Shown here: positions 50,780 to 61,727 of the stretch, piece by piece
Layout of the letters: the number at the start of each line of letters is the position of its first letter
Numbering within the stretch: position 1 is the stretch's first letter
Assembly: GCA_965214605.1 (NCBI GenBank)
Contig: OZ243961.1
Coordinates: forward strand, 3,904,001-3,968,000
From: an uncultured Candidatus Binatia bacterium
Lineage (GTDB): Bacteria > Desulfobacterota > Binatia > Bin18
Reading direction: 5' to 3'
DNA: 64,000 bases
Position numbers and translations under genes: made by a program
Notes under the pieces: generated by a model
What the model saw: the letters and a program-made list of their open reading frames with translations, nothing else
Database searches by the model: none
Told to the model about the DNA's origin: nothing

Positions 50780-51601
50780 CTAGCTGCCCGTGTAGCCGGG
50801 ATTGGTCGGCCGTTCGAGCCAGTCACGGCGTTTGTCATACGGCAGGTCGATATAGGTTTGCATGGCCAGCAGTCCGTCGTCCGAGAGCATGGTCTCTAGA
50901 AAGTCGGCGCTTTCAATCTCCAAGCCGGCACTCAGATGCGTATCACTTCCAGTATACACAGCGTGTTTAGCCCGAGCGACGGCGAGCGGCGGGAAGCTGG
51001 CAATCTCCCGGCCAATCTCTTGCGCCCGCACCAGGGCATCATCGGCAAGCTCGTGCACCAGACCGAGCGCTAGGGCTTCTTCGGGACGGACTACCCGGGA
51101 GCGCAGCACAAACTCGATCGCCCGGCCGGGACCGATCAGACGGGACAGCCGCTGGGTCCCGCTGCCGCCCGGCAGAATACCAAGTTTCACTTCCGGCAGA
51201 CCAAAGCGATAGTCGCCACGCTGGCCAATACGGATATCGCAGGCCAAGCTCAGCTCAAAGCCGCCTCCCATCGTGTCACCGTTCATGGCCACGATGACCG
51301 GCTTGGGCAGATTGCGCAGACGCAACAACATGGCGTGATAGCCGGCGGTTAGCGAGGTACCCAGCGCCCGCATCTTTTCCCGGTCACGGGCCAGATCGAC
51401 GAGCTCTTCCACGCTATAGTGGGTAATGAACTTGCCCGGTAGGGCACCGCTCAAAACGACGGCTCGGTAGGACGGCTCGCGCCAGGCTTCAATGAGTCGG
51501 TTCAACTCTTGAGTCCCCTCAGCGCAGAAATAATTCATCGGCGGGTTGTTATAGCGAGCTAGCACAACGCCGTCCGTTGTTTCGGTCGTCCACATGCTCA
51601 T
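50780..51601 (-). CDS. enoyl-CoA hydratase/isomerase
   Basis: GGGFELSLACD, PEVKLGILPG. Confidence 0.88.
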   Translation of the reverse strand: MSMWTTETTDGVVLARYNNPPMNYFCAEGTQELNRLIEAWREPSYRAVVLSGALPGKFITHYSVEELVDLARDREKMRALGTSLTAGYHAMLLRLRNLPKPVIVAMNGDTMGGGFELSLACDIRIGQRGDYRFGLPEVKLGILPGGSGTQRLSRLIGPGRAIEFVLRSRVVRPEEALALGLVHELADDALVRAQEIGREIASFPPLAVARAKHAVYTGSDTHLSAGLEIESADFLETMLSDDGLLAMQTYIDLPYDKRRDWLERPTNPGYTGS

Positions 51602-51811
51602 AGTCTCCTCCTGTCGGTGTGTTGATTGTGGCTCATACGCCAGGAAGTGGGGTGGAGCAAGGGGTGGAGAAGCGACAGTTGAAGCGGGTCGGGCGGATAC
51701 ACGTCGGGTTTTGCTGTTGCCGGCACCCCTCCTCTCCGAAGCTCCTCTCGTAGCCAACCCAACCAACTCCAGCTACAATCGGTACGATGTCTACAAACAA
51801 GGAGGATTGCC

Positions 51812-52723
51812 ATGCCACACCCCAAACCCGCCGTTGCCTTGGTCGCGGTTGCCGGACGACGCAAAGCAACCCTGGAAGTCGCTCAACAACTCGAACACGA
51901 AGACTTTAGCGGCATTTACTGCCAGAGCGTGGGCGATGGCCTAGGCTTATGCGAAGCCTTGGCCTTGGTTACCAACGAAATCCCGTTTGGGACTAGCATC
52001 GCCAACCTGTACACCCGCCATCCCTACGATTACGCGCAAACCGCGGCCTTTATTCACGAAATTTCGGGCGGCCGCTTCCGTTTCGGTATTGGGGTGAGTC
52101 ACGGCCCGGTCCATAAACGCATGAATCTCCAGGTCGGAAAACCGCTGGCTGATGTGCGCCGGTTCATTCAAGACATGCGGGCCGGACTCCCGAAAAACGA
52201 CAGCCTCCCGCCGATTATTCTGGCCACCCTGCGCAGGGCCATGGCTAAACTGTCGGCCGAGGTTTCGCAGGGCGCGGTGTGGGCCAACGCCGCACGGTCG
52301 CATATGGCGACCTCGCTCAGCTTTCTGCCGCCTGAAAAGATGCAGGATGACAACTTCTTTGTCGGGAATATGATCCCGACCGTGATTACGGACGATAAGG
52401 CCGCGGCTGCTAAAGTCCTACGACGCATCCTTAGCTCGTATGTAATCTTGCCCAACTATCAGCAGTACTGGATTGAGGCCGGCTTTGAGGAAGAGATGGG
52501 GGATATCCAGCAGGCGACCGCCAATAAACAGCTCGACAAGATTCCGGCGCTGATGTCGGACCGCTGGCTGCAACAGACGACGTTGTACGGCAGCGTCTCC
52601 GAAGTACGAGACGGGGTCGAGGCCTGGTATGAGACCGGTCTGAAGACGCCGATTCTTGTTCCCTCATCGGCAAACGGCAATCAAATGGTTGCCCTCCAAG
52701 AGACAATAGAGGCATTCCGCTAA
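51812..52723 (+). CDS. LLM class oxidoreductase
   Basis: FGTSIAN, SGGRFRFGIGVSH; GGAGG RBS. Confidence 0.82.
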   Translation: MPHPKPAVALVAVAGRRKATLEVAQQLEHEDFSGIYCQSVGDGLGLCEALALVTNEIPFGTSIANLYTRHPYDYAQTAAFIHEISGGRFRFGIGVSHGPVHKRMNLQVGKPLADVRRFIQDMRAGLPKNDSLPPIILATLRRAMAKLSAEVSQGAVWANAARSHMATSLSFLPPEKMQDDNFFVGNMIPTVITDDKAAAAKVLRRILSSYVILPNYQQYWIEAGFEEEMGDIQQATANKQLDKIPALMSDRWLQQTTLYGSVSEVRDGVEAWYETGLKTPILVPSSANGNQMVALQETIEAFR

Positions 52724-52739
52724 AGATAAGGAGTTCGCC

Positions 52740-53870
52740 ATGAAACACTATCGCGTTGTCTCGGCCGATTCTCACGCGATTGAGCCGCCCGACCTGTGGC
52801 AACACTATCTGCCCCAAGGGTATAAAGACCGTGGTCCACGGATTGTCTCGACCGACTCTGGCGATCGCTGGGTGTGTGAGGGCCTGCCGTCTCACGTGGC
52901 CAAGCGTCCTATGGGGGCGGTGGCCAGAAATCGGGACAAAGCCTATGCCGCAGCGGCTGAGGGCGATAAACGCTACGCCACGGATAACAACGACTGGCAG
53001 CCGGATGCCCGGGTCGAGTATATGCGTATGGACGGGGTCGATGCCGAGGTGCTGTATCCCAACTATACCATGCGGGCGTTTGGGATTCCGGACCAACAGC
53101 TCCAGCAGGCGGTGTGTCAGGCGTATAATGACTGGCTGAGCGATTTTTGTCGCTCCCACCCCCAGGATTTGTTCGGCGTTGCCGTTGTCCCGGCCTTCGA
53201 CGTTGAGTGGGCGATTCAGGAGTGCCGCCGGGCCAAGGAAAAGGGGCTCGTCGGCGTGCTCCTCCCCCAGGATACACCGGACGGCTCACGCTATTCGACA
53301 CCCCAGTGGGACCCGCTGTGGGCGATGCTGGCCGAGCTGAGTATGCCGCTGAGCTTGCACATTATTGCCTCCGGTCATGCCAATGTGAACTGGACACAGG
53401 ATGAAACCGGCGAAGAGAGTGCAGCCGTTGGCTATGCCGTTCTGCCGGTCCGGATGGCACGGGCCTTTGCCACCTTTATCTTGGAAGGGGTGTTTGACCG
53501 TCATCCCGGTCTGCGCTTGATCTCAGCCGAGAACGAACTGTCGTGGGCGGCCAATTTTTTGCATCGCCTGGACTGGGGCTATCATCGGCGCACCATGGCC
53601 AAGGACCCGCTGGTCAGGTGCCGGCGTTTGCCTAGCGAGTACTGGCACGAGCACTGTTACTTGACCTTTATTGATGACGTCCCAGGGATTATGCTGCGTG
53701 AGTTTATCGGCGTTGGTCGTATTATGTGGTCGTCAGATTTTCCCCACCTGGACAGCAGTTGGCCAGAGTCGCGGCAGTTTCTCGGTCGACATTTTGCCAG
53801 CGTACCCGCCGAACACATGCAGTCTATTGTGGCTGAGAACTGCGTGCAGCTGTATCAGCTGGGCAGGTAG
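52740..53870 (+). CDS. amidohydrolase_2 family protein
   Basis: VSADSH, AYNDW, WSSDFPH. Confidence 0.9.
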   Translation: MKHYRVVSADSHAIEPPDLWQHYLPQGYKDRGPRIVSTDSGDRWVCEGLPSHVAKRPMGAVARNRDKAYAAAAEGDKRYATDNNDWQPDARVEYMRMDGVDAEVLYPNYTMRAFGIPDQQLQQAVCQAYNDWLSDFCRSHPQDLFGVAVVPAFDVEWAIQECRRAKEKGLVGVLLPQDTPDGSRYSTPQWDPLWAMLAELSMPLSLHIIASGHANVNWTQDETGEESAAVGYAVLPVRMARAFATFILEGVFDRHPGLRLISAENELSWAANFLHRLDWGYHRRTMAKDPLVRCRRLPSEYWHEHCYLTFIDDVPGIMLREFIGVGRIMWSSDFPHLDSSWPESRQFLGRHFASVPAEHMQSIVAENCVQLYQLGR

Positions 53871-53898
53871 TCCGAGGGACAGCCACAGGGAGCTGCCT

Positions 53899-54774
53899 CT
53901 AGTGTTGCAAAAAGGCGATGATCCGTTGATTCACCTCCTGGGGCCGCTCTAAATGGAGAAAGTGTCCGGTACCGGGATAAATCTCTTTGTCTATCCCCTT
54001 GGCAAACAGGTGATCCATGGCGTTAAAAGCGTTTAGCCGACCGGGTCGGTCTTTTGTGCCGTGGAGGGCTAGGCTAGGAACCGGGGTCGGCTGAGTCAAA
54101 CGGCCTTGTAAATCTTGGAGGGCCGGGTCGCGATTGTCCGGATTAAAGGTGTGGCGGTAATAGTCAAGCGCCGCGTTGACTACCCCGGGCTGTCGAAAGG
54201 TATTTTTGACGCTCTCCATGACGTCGTCGGGAATGTCGTATTCGGGTGAGGCGTCTTGCCACCAGCGTCTGATGAACTCATAGTCATTGGCGGCCACGGC
54301 CTGATCGGCAAACGGCATCTGGAAAAAATAAGCGTGCCAGCCGCCCTTGATCATGTCATAGTCTGTAGCAAGAGCGCCCAGCAGTGCCCCGGGATGGGCA
54401 ACTGCAATGGTGACGATCTTCTGCACGGCGTCGGCTGCCAGGGCTGCGGCCCCATAGGTTGCCAGCGCGCCCCAGTCGTGGCCAACTACGCACGCCTGCT
54501 CAGCGCCAAGGGCGCTGATGAGCGCAGCCGCGTCTTGGGCTAAAAGGACCGACTGATAGTGCCCGTCTGGAGCGGCAGCGGTTGGGGCATAACCGCGCAT
54601 AAACGGGGCCACGCCCCGAAATCCGGCCTCGGCCAGAGCCGGTAAGAGATAACGATAGGAATAGGCGTTGTCCGGAAAACCGTGCAGGCACAGGACCAGC
54701 GGACCTTGGCCCGCTTCAAGGTAGTGAAAACGGATACCGTTCGCTTGGACGCTGCCGGTGTTGAGTGTCGTCAT
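53899..54774 (-). CDS. alpha/beta hydrolase (epoxide hydrolase-like)
   Basis: LHGFP, GHDWG, GHFLH. Confidence 0.9.
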   Translation of the reverse strand: MTTLNTGSVQANGIRFHYLEAGQGPLVLCLHGFPDNAYSYRYLLPALAEAGFRGVAPFMRGYAPTAAAPDGHYQSVLLAQDAAALISALGAEQACVVGHDWGALATYGAAALAADAVQKIVTIAVAHPGALLGALATDYDMIKGGWHAYFFQMPFADQAVAANDYEFIRRWWQDASPEYDIPDDVMESVKNTFRQPGVVNAALDYYRHTFNPDNRDPALQDLQGRLTQPTPVPSLALHGTKDRPGRLNAFNAMDHLFAKGIDKEIYPGTGHFLHLERPQEVNQRIIAFLQH

Positions 54775-54951
54775 ATTTTTCCCTTCTAGGGGTGGAACCT
54801 AAGGTGTGACAAAGAAGCTTAGGCCGTACGGCGCTTCTCCGGGCAATACCAAAAAAGCCCAGCATTGCCAAACCCACCCTGGATACACTATACCGTCTTG
54901 TGGCTGGGCCGCTGAGAGCCGCCTGCTGGCCCGGCACCTTGTGGAGGAGCC

Positions 54952-56277
54952 ATGGACGATCTTGATCAACAGATTGCAGAGCTGGAACGTCAGCTCTCCG
55001 AACTCAAGCAACGCCGGGCGGTTTACGGTTCAAGCCAAGCCGCCACCCCCGACCGTCCTCTTCCTTTGCGGGGCGTGCGGGTTGTGGATATCTCACGTTT
55101 TTTGGTCGGACCGTTTTGCACCCAGATGCTGGCGGATATGGGGGCTGAGGTTATCAAAATCGAACCCCTGCCCGGCGGAGATCTGATGCGGGCGGCGGGC
55201 AGTCAAGACTGGGGCGGGGAGAACCTGTTCTTTCTGGCACGCAACCGTAACAAGCAGAGCCTCGCGCTGGACATTAGACAGGACGCCGGCCGTGAGGTTT
55301 TATATCGGCTTATGAAGACGGCCGACGTGTTTGTCGAAAATTTTCGACCGGGTGCGGCGGAAAAGCTCGGGGTGGGCTACGAGCGGCTCAAAGGCTATAA
55401 TCCACAGCTCATTTACTGCGCGATCTCGGGTTATGGCCAGGAGGGACCGGAGCGCGAGCGGCCCGGCCAGGATTTGCTCATTCAGGCTTTCTCCGGGCTG
55501 GTCAGTATCACTGGCTGGGACGGCGGCCCGCCAACCACGGTCGGCACGTTCGTGGCCGATATGGTCGGTGCTTTTCACTGTGCCTATGGCATTGCTATTG
55601 CACTGTTGGGCCGCGAGCGGCTGGGGCTCGGCCAAAAACTTGAGGTGTCACTATTGGATAGTCTGCTGGCGCTACAAACCATGGAAGCGACGAGCTACCT
55701 CAACACTGGGGTGCCGCCAAAAAAAGCCGGGGCCGGACACGGTATTGCCCCGGCCCCATATCGGATTTTTGAGGCCCAGGGCGGTACCTTCGCCCTGGTT
55801 GCGCCCTCGCAGGCCTGGTGGCGGCGGCTGTGCAAAGTTCCCGAATTGCAGGATATCTGTGCCGATCCGCGCTTTGCCTCGCGAGAATCCCGAGGGACGC
55901 ATGCCGACGCGCTCAACACGCTGCTCGAAGAACGTTTTAAGGACAAATCCGCGGCCTACTGGTTAGCCCGTTTTGCCGAATACGACGTCTTAGCCGCACC
56001 GGTCTATACCTACGCGGAGGTGTTCAACGACCCCCAGGTCATCCACAATGAAATGGTTATCAGTCAGCAGCATCCCAAGGCCGGGTCGATTCGAACGCTG
56101 GGCATACCGGTCAAGTTGACCCGCACCCCGGGGCATACCGGGACGCCCGCGCCGCTCTTCGGCCAGCATACTGAGGCGGTGTTGACCGGCCTGGGCTATA
56201 GTCAGGCCGAGGTTGAGCGCTTACGTTTGGCAGGGGTGGTTGCCCAAGCAGAACAACGGACCAATAGAGCAGGCTAG
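54952..56277 (+). CDS. CaiB/BaiF family CoA transferase
   Basis: LADMGAEVIKIE, NRNKQS, ENFRPG. Confidence 0.92.
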   Translation: MDDLDQQIAELERQLSELKQRRAVYGSSQAATPDRPLPLRGVRVVDISRFLVGPFCTQMLADMGAEVIKIEPLPGGDLMRAAGSQDWGGENLFFLARNRNKQSLALDIRQDAGREVLYRLMKTADVFVENFRPGAAEKLGVGYERLKGYNPQLIYCAISGYGQEGPERERPGQDLLIQAFSGLVSITGWDGGPPTTVGTFVADMVGAFHCAYGIAIALLGRERLGLGQKLEVSLLDSLLALQTMEATSYLNTGVPPKKAGAGHGIAPAPYRIFEAQGGTFALVAPSQAWWRRLCKVPELQDICADPRFASRESRGTHADALNTLLEERFKDKSAAYWLARFAEYDVLAAPVYTYAEVFNDPQVIHNEMVISQQHPKAGSIRTLGIPVKLTRTPGHTGTPAPLFGQHTEAVLTGLGYSQAEVERLRLAGVVAQAEQRTNRAG

Positions 56278-56321
56278 GCTGGGTCTCTGGTGCCGAGAAA
56301 TTTTTTGAGGAGGAACACGCT

Positions 56322-57104
56322 ATGGAGCTTGGATTACAGGGCAGGGTCGCGCTTATCACCGGGGGTAGTGAGGGGATTGGCAAGGGCATTGCGGTGTGCT
56401 TGACGCGGGAAGGCGCCAAGGTGGCCATCTGCGCCCGACGCCCAGAGGTACTCGAACAGGCCGCAGCCGACGTACGGAGGCAAACCGGTGGCGGAGTGTT
56501 CGCCGTAGCGGCTGATGTCACTAAACGTGAGGACGTTGACAACTTCGTGGCCAAAGCAGCCGCGCATTTTGGACGAATCGATATTTTGGTCAATAACGCC
56601 GGCCGCTCGGCGGCCAAGAAGTTTGAAGACATCAGCGAGGAAGAGTGGAACGAAGATCTTGACCTGAAGTTCACCGCTGCGGTGCGCTGCGCCCGAGCCG
56701 TTCTGCCCCACATGCGCGCAGTCGGGGGCGGGCGGATCATCAACGTCACCCATCCGGGAGGCAAAGCCCCGGGAGCACGGTCTTTGCCCACCTCGGTCAG
56801 CCGGGCCGCGGGCATTGCGCTCACCAAAGCCCTGTCCCTGGACTACGCCGGGGAGAATATTCTGGTCAACACCGTCTGTCTGACCAATATCGTCAGTGCC
56901 CAGACCGAGCGCTATTGGCGGCGGATGGGAGCCAAGGGAACGCTTGAGGCATTCAAGGACAACATGTCCCAAAACGTGCCGCTCAAGCGTCTGGGCCAGC
57001 CCGAAGAGGTCGGCGCTCTGGTTGCCTTCCTGGTCTCAGATCAGGCCAGTTTCATCACCGGAACGGCGATTAATATCGACGGCGGAGTGTCCGCGGTCGT
57101 GTAG
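56322..57104 (+). CDS. SDR family oxidoreductase
   Basis: TGGSEGIG, NNAG. Confidence 0.88.
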   Translation: MELGLQGRVALITGGSEGIGKGIAVCLTREGAKVAICARRPEVLEQAAADVRRQTGGGVFAVAADVTKREDVDNFVAKAAAHFGRIDILVNNAGRSAAKKFEDISEEEWNEDLDLKFTAAVRCARAVLPHMRAVGGGRIINVTHPGGKAPGARSLPTSVSRAAGIALTKALSLDYAGENILVNTVCLTNIVSAQTERYWRRMGAKGTLEAFKDNMSQNVPLKRLGQPEEVGALVAFLVSDQASFITGTAINIDGGVSAVV

Positions 57105-57481
57105 GGGACAAGGGGTCTGGCCGCTGGACCAAGACCGGAACTTTATCCGAGGACAGCGTCGGGTCTGTGCGCGGTAGGTCGGGTTAGCAGAGCGTAATCC
57201 GGGATGCTGTCTGACAGGAGAGAAAGGGGGCGCATGGATATTTGGGATTGGGAGAAGCAATTTCGTGAACGTATAGAAAAAATCGACGAATCTCAAAGAC
57301 AAAAGGCAGGAGCTCTACTTCCTGTCGTTCCTGACCGCCAAGACTGGAACAAATTTTGCCGCTTGATGGACAGCTTTTTAGGGAGGGCTGTGGACGGAGA
57401 CCTGCCATGCTGTCTAATCGTCCTTTATGCTGGCGTGGCATTTTACGATTCTTCAATATCCCTTTGCCCGCTGCCATTTTC

Positions 57482-57892
57482 TTAGACTCTCTCGCGGTCC
57501 TTCCCGCGGCCCTGAAGGAAAGGGAACCAGCGCGGCGTAACTGCCTGATAAGCCTCATAGTCCCCACCAAACCGCTTTCTTAGAGCCGGCTCTTCTCTGA
57601 GGATCACAAACAGATGAGCTAGCAGAGCAAAAGCTACGCTGAACACACCCAAGCCGGCAGACCGGAACCAAGCCGCGCCCCCGAGCCCGAGACAAAAGAC
57701 CCCGAGTAGCATGGGATGCTGGATATAGGCGTAGGGGCCGGAGACAACCATCCGCTTTGGTTGGGCAAAGGACAGGAGCGTCGTATCTCCTCGGCGGGTG
57801 AGATAGGAGGCGGCGGAGAAGAACACCACGGCTCCGCCCACACACAACACCACTCCAACAACAGTGCAGGCAAGACCGATCGAACCCGCCAT
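57482..57892 (-). CDS. isoprenylcysteine carboxylmethyltransferase family protein
   Basis: GPYAYIQHPM, EEPALRKRFG..Y..Y...PRW. Confidence 0.82.
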   Translation of the reverse strand: MAGSIGLACTVVGVVLCVGGAVVFFSAASYLTRRGDTTLLSFAQPKRMVVSGPYAYIQHPMLLGVFCLGLGGAAWFRSAGLGVFSVAFALLAHLFVILREEPALRKRFGGDYEAYQAVTPRWFPFLQGRGKDRERV

Positions 57893-57921
57893 CCCTTTCT
57901 CACATAGACACAGAGCCCTGC

Positions 57922-58692
57922 TTACTCCCCCCGGAACTGCGGTTTGCGTTTCTCCAGCATGGCTTTGACGCCTTCTTTCGCATCCTGACTAGTCCGCGCT
58001 GCGGCCGCCATCTGCTGCAAATCTTGATAGTCAATTGTTTTGCGCAGTGAAATCGCGCGGTGGATAGTAGTTTTCATGCCGGACAGGGATAGCGGGGCGT
58101 TATCGGCAATCGTCCGGGCCAAGTCATACGTGGCCTGCTCAAGTGCGACGGCCGGGACTAGCTGATGCACCATGCCCATGTCATAGGCGCGTGCGGCCTC
58201 GACCGGTTGGCCGCTCAGCAAAATCTGTTTGGTAAAGGCCGGTCCAACAATCTCGACCAGTTTTTGGCACAGCGGAAACGGAATGACCAACCCCAGGCGG
58301 GCCAGCGGCATACCAAAGCGGGCCAGGTCTGACACGACCCGCAGGTCACAGTGGAGGGCCAGCTCACAGCCACCGGCTAGGGCGTCGCCCTGGACCATAG
58401 CAATAGTTGGGTGGCGCGAGCCCTCGATCATCTGCAGAATCTCGACCACGCCCATCTCAGCATCAGCGCCCTGCTGACGAGCGCTGAGTTCGCGCAGATC
58501 AAGACCGGCGCAAAACGCTCGCCCCTCGCCACGGATGACAATGACCCGGACGGCTGTGTTGGTTTCGAGTTCGGTGAAGTTCTTGACCAGGCCGTCGAGC
58601 AAGGCGCTATTCATGGCATTGCGTTTCTCGGGGCGGTTCATGGTGATGGTGGCAATGCCGTCTTGAATGGAACACAGGATTTCCTCAGCCAT
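57922..58692 (-). CDS. enoyl-CoA hydratase/isomerase
   Basis: NRPEKRNA, FCAGLDL, GGCELALHCD. Confidence 0.9.
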   Translation of the reverse strand: MAEEILCSIQDGIATITMNRPEKRNAMNSALLDGLVKNFTELETNTAVRVIVIRGEGRAFCAGLDLRELSARQQGADAEMGVVEILQMIEGSRHPTIAMVQGDALAGGCELALHCDLRVVSDLARFGMPLARLGLVIPFPLCQKLVEIVGPAFTKQILLSGQPVEAARAYDMGMVHQLVPAVALEQATYDLARTIADNAPLSLSGMKTTIHRAISLRKTIDYQDLQQMAAAARTSQDAKEGVKAMLEKRKPQFRGE

Positions 58693-58722
58693 AGTCTGTC
58701 TCCTCTTTTTGTCCGGCCCACG

Positions 58723-59193
58723 CTACTCGTTAAACTTCCACGTATCGCCTGCGGTGCCGCAGATTTTCCAGCGCGGCACAACAATATCTGGCTCGCTGGT
58801 TTGCTCAAACTCGACCTCGACCGGCAGACCAATAGCCACGGCGTCCTCGTCGTCGAGCAGGACTCCGCCGACGCGAACTAGCGAGCCGTCGGCCTCGTGG
58901 CAGTCGTCGAGCTCAATCAAGCCCACGACATACGGCACGGCCTCGACAAAGGCGCCTAGAATGGGCTGAGTGACCACAATATAGCTGTGCAGTACGCCTT
59001 TGCCGGCCGTTGCAAACCAGTCCAGGTCCATGCAGTTACACTTGTTGCAGGCCGGAAAGGGCGGGAACCATTTGTGACCACAGTCTTTGCACTGGCGGAC
59101 CAAATACTTGCCCTCTTTGGTGCCCATCCACCATTCGGCCGTGTCGAAATCTGGGACAATCGTAATTTTGCTGTAATCAATCGGACCTGGCAT
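58723..59193 (-). CDS. DUF35-type Zn-ribbon/OB-fold protein
   Basis: CKDCG...CNKC, PYVVGLIEL; adjacent to thiolase. Confidence 0.88.
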   Translation of the reverse strand: MPGPIDYSKITIVPDFDTAEWWMGTKEGKYLVRQCKDCGHKWFPPFPACNKCNCMDLDWFATAGKGVLHSYIVVTQPILGAFVEAVPYVVGLIELDDCHEADGSLVRVGGVLLDDEDAVAIGLPVEVEFEQTSEPDIVVPRWKICGTAGDTWKFNE

Positions 59194-59206
59194 ACTCCGC
59201 CCTCCT

Positions 59207-60436
59207 TTAGGCCGAAATCCCGCGCAGAATCGCTGAACTTGACATAGTTTCCGTTCCCCATCCCAGACACGCCGCGATCCGGGCGTCTTTCACCTGCCGA
59301 CAGCCGGCCTCACGGTCGTAGCGGTGCTTCCCCTCGGCCCAGCCCAGACAGGCGTCATCGGCGCGGTGACGGAGCTGGCGGACATTCTCAATCACCATGC
59401 TTATCCCGTGGGTATAGCCCTCGGACAGATGGCCACCGGACAGGTTGGAGGGCAGCTCATGATCGATCTGTAAGCGCCCGCCTTTGACAAACTCGCCGGC
59501 TTCGCCCTTGCCGCAGAACCCGTAGGCTTCAAGCTGGATCAGAGTGGTAAAGGTGAAGGCGTCGTAGCACGAGATCAGGTTGACGTCTTTCTGGCTGATG
59601 CCGGCCATACCGAACAAACGCTGACGACCATAATTGCCGGCCACATAATGAATCTCCGGACGGGAATAGTTCCAAGCCGCGTTTGGCGCCATGGTGCGGC
59701 CGGTCCCCCCCATGATAAACACCGGCGGTTGGCGCAGATCGTAGGCCCGCTCACGCGAGGTAACAATCAGAGCAGCAGACACATCGGTCTCCAAACAGCA
59801 GTCCAGGAGGCGGAACGGTTTGACGATCCAGCGCGAGTTCTGGTGGTCCTCAATCGTGATGGGGTTGCGCATAATGGCCTTGGGGTTCAGGCTGGCGTGG
59901 CGTCGGTGAGCCACCGCAACCTCGGCCAAGGACTTTGTGGTTGTGCCGGTGTCGCGTAAATAGCGCATGGCCGACATGCCGAAACGCTGGGCCGGAGAGG
60001 TCCAGCCCCAGTGCATCATGAACTGATTGTCTTCGGCCGCCCGGGTTGGCGGAACCGGACCGCTCGGTGCTTGTCCGCCCATGCGACGGCCCGAGCGACC
60101 GTTCATCGAGCGGAAGATTACCATGGTTTTACAATAGCTCGCTTCGAGCAGGCCGATCGTATTCCCGATCAAGGCCTCGGTACTTGAGCCGCCGCCCAGG
60201 ATATCGACCGAATAATTGAGGCGCATACCCAGCGAGGTTGCAATATGGTTCGAGGTAGTCGAATCGCCGGCCTGATAACTCGTCATACCGTCGATGTCGC
60301 CCGGTCCAAGGCCGGCGTCGGCCATAGCCTTTTTAATGGCCTCACAGGCCATAGACAGGGTGGTGCGGTTCGACGGTCGCATATGTGGCGTCTCGCCCAC
60401 TCCAACAATGCAATATTTATCGGTCAGTGCTCCCAT
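59207..60436 (-). CDS. SCP2/Ltp-type thiolase family protein
   Basis: IVGVGET, LLDCCLETD, YDAFT, SGGHLSEGY. Confidence 0.88.
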   Translation of the reverse strand: MGALTDKYCIVGVGETPHMRPSNRTTLSMACEAIKKAMADAGLGPGDIDGMTSYQAGDSTTSNHIATSLGMRLNYSVDILGGGSSTEALIGNTIGLLEASYCKTMVIFRSMNGRSGRRMGGQAPSGPVPPTRAAEDNQFMMHWGWTSPAQRFGMSAMRYLRDTGTTTKSLAEVAVAHRRHASLNPKAIMRNPITIEDHQNSRWIVKPFRLLDCCLETDVSAALIVTSRERAYDLRQPPVFIMGGTGRTMAPNAAWNYSRPEIHYVAGNYGRQRLFGMAGISQKDVNLISCYDAFTFTTLIQLEAYGFCGKGEAGEFVKGGRLQIDHELPSNLSGGHLSEGYTHGISMVIENVRQLRHRADDACLGWAEGKHRYDREAGCRQVKDARIAACLGWGTETMSSSAILRGISA

Positions 60437-60495
60437 GGTGCCTCCTGTATGATAGCGCGTTCACGACGACGGTCTTTTGACGCGGTGATCAGTCC

Positions 60496-61650
60496 TTAAT
60501 ACGAACGTGGCATCCCCAACACGTGCTCGGCCACATAGTTGAGGATCATATTGTTCGAGATCGGGGCGATGCTGAATAGGCGGCACTCGCGGAATTTACG
60601 CTCCACGTCATACTCGGCGGCAAAACCGTAGCCACCGTGGGTGTCAAGGGCCGCGTTGGCCGCCGCCCAGGCGGCTTGGGCACAGAGCAGCTTGGCCATG
60701 TTGGCCTCGGGCCCGCACGGCTGGCCGGCGTCGAACAGTTCGGCGGCCCGAAAACGCATCAGATCGGCGGCCTCGGTCTGGGCGTAGGCCTGGGCGAGCG
60801 GAAACTGGATGCCCTGATTCTGGGCGATCGGTCGGCCAAAGATGACGCGCTCCTTGCCGTATTTGACGGCGCGGTCGATAAACCAGCGCGCGTCGCCAAT
60901 CGACTCGGCCGCGACCAGAATGCGCTCGGCGTTCATACCATCCAGAATATAGTAGAAGCCCCGGTTTTCTTCGCCAATCAGGTTTTCTTGAGGAATTGTG
61001 AGATCGTGGAAGAACAGCTGGTTGGTTTCATGGTTGATCATAGCGTCAATTTTTCGAATCTCGACCGCATCGCCGGCCTGTTTCAGATCAACCAAGAACA
61101 CGCTCAGCCCCAGCGTTTTTTTGGAGCACTCGGCTGCCGGCGTGGTCCGCGCCAGGAGCAGCATCATGTCGGAATGCTGGACGCGCGAGATAAAGATTTT
61201 TGCTCCGTTCACAATGTAGGAGTCCCCGTCCTTACGGGCGAAGGTTTCGAGTTGGGTGGTGTCTGAGCCAGCGTTGGGCTCGGTCACGCCAAACGCCTGG
61301 AGGCGGATCTCACCGCTGGCAATTTTGGGTAAATAGCGCTCTTTTTGTTCGTCGCTCCCGTGGCGGAGCAGGGCGCCCATAATATACATCTGGGCGTGGC
61401 AGGCGGCGGCGTTGCCGCCCGAACGGTTGACTTCTTCGAGGATCACGCTGGCTTCGCGAACCGTCAGGCCCGAGCCACCGTACTGCTCCGGAATCAGCGC
61501 AGCCAACCAACCGGCCTCGGTCAAATCCTGAACAAAGTGCTCGGGATACTCGTCCTCTTTATCGAGTTTGCGCCAGTACTCATCCGGATATTTGTGACAC
61601 AGCTTACGAATCTCTTCGCGGATTTCAGGGCATTGTTCTGTGTGCGGCAT
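60496..61650 (-). CDS. acyl-CoA dehydrogenase
   Basis: VTEPNAGSD, FGRPIAQNQ, HGGYGFAAEYDVER. Confidence 0.92.
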   Translation of the reverse strand: MPHTEQCPEIREEIRKLCHKYPDEYWRKLDKEDEYPEHFVQDLTEAGWLAALIPEQYGGSGLTVREASVILEEVNRSGGNAAACHAQMYIMGALLRHGSDEQKERYLPKIASGEIRLQAFGVTEPNAGSDTTQLETFARKDGDSYIVNGAKIFISRVQHSDMMLLLARTTPAAECSKKTLGLSVFLVDLKQAGDAVEIRKIDAMINHETNQLFFHDLTIPQENLIGEENRGFYYILDGMNAERILVAAESIGDARWFIDRAVKYGKERVIFGRPIAQNQGIQFPLAQAYAQTEAADLMRFRAAELFDAGQPCGPEANMAKLLCAQAAWAAANAALDTHGGYGFAAEYDVERKFRECRLFSIAPISNNMILNYVAEHVLGMPRSY

Positions 61651-61727
61651 ACGGGGATCTCCTTATGAAATGGAGGCGACGGACGAGAAGGCGCCCCCTT
61701 TCCTCACGCCTTAAGCCCCCAGCCCTG

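Noticed and set aside
56700-56720. GTT-CTGCCC partial match to the mini-array spacer
   Set aside because: Only 6 contiguous nt, inside a coding region; expected by chance.
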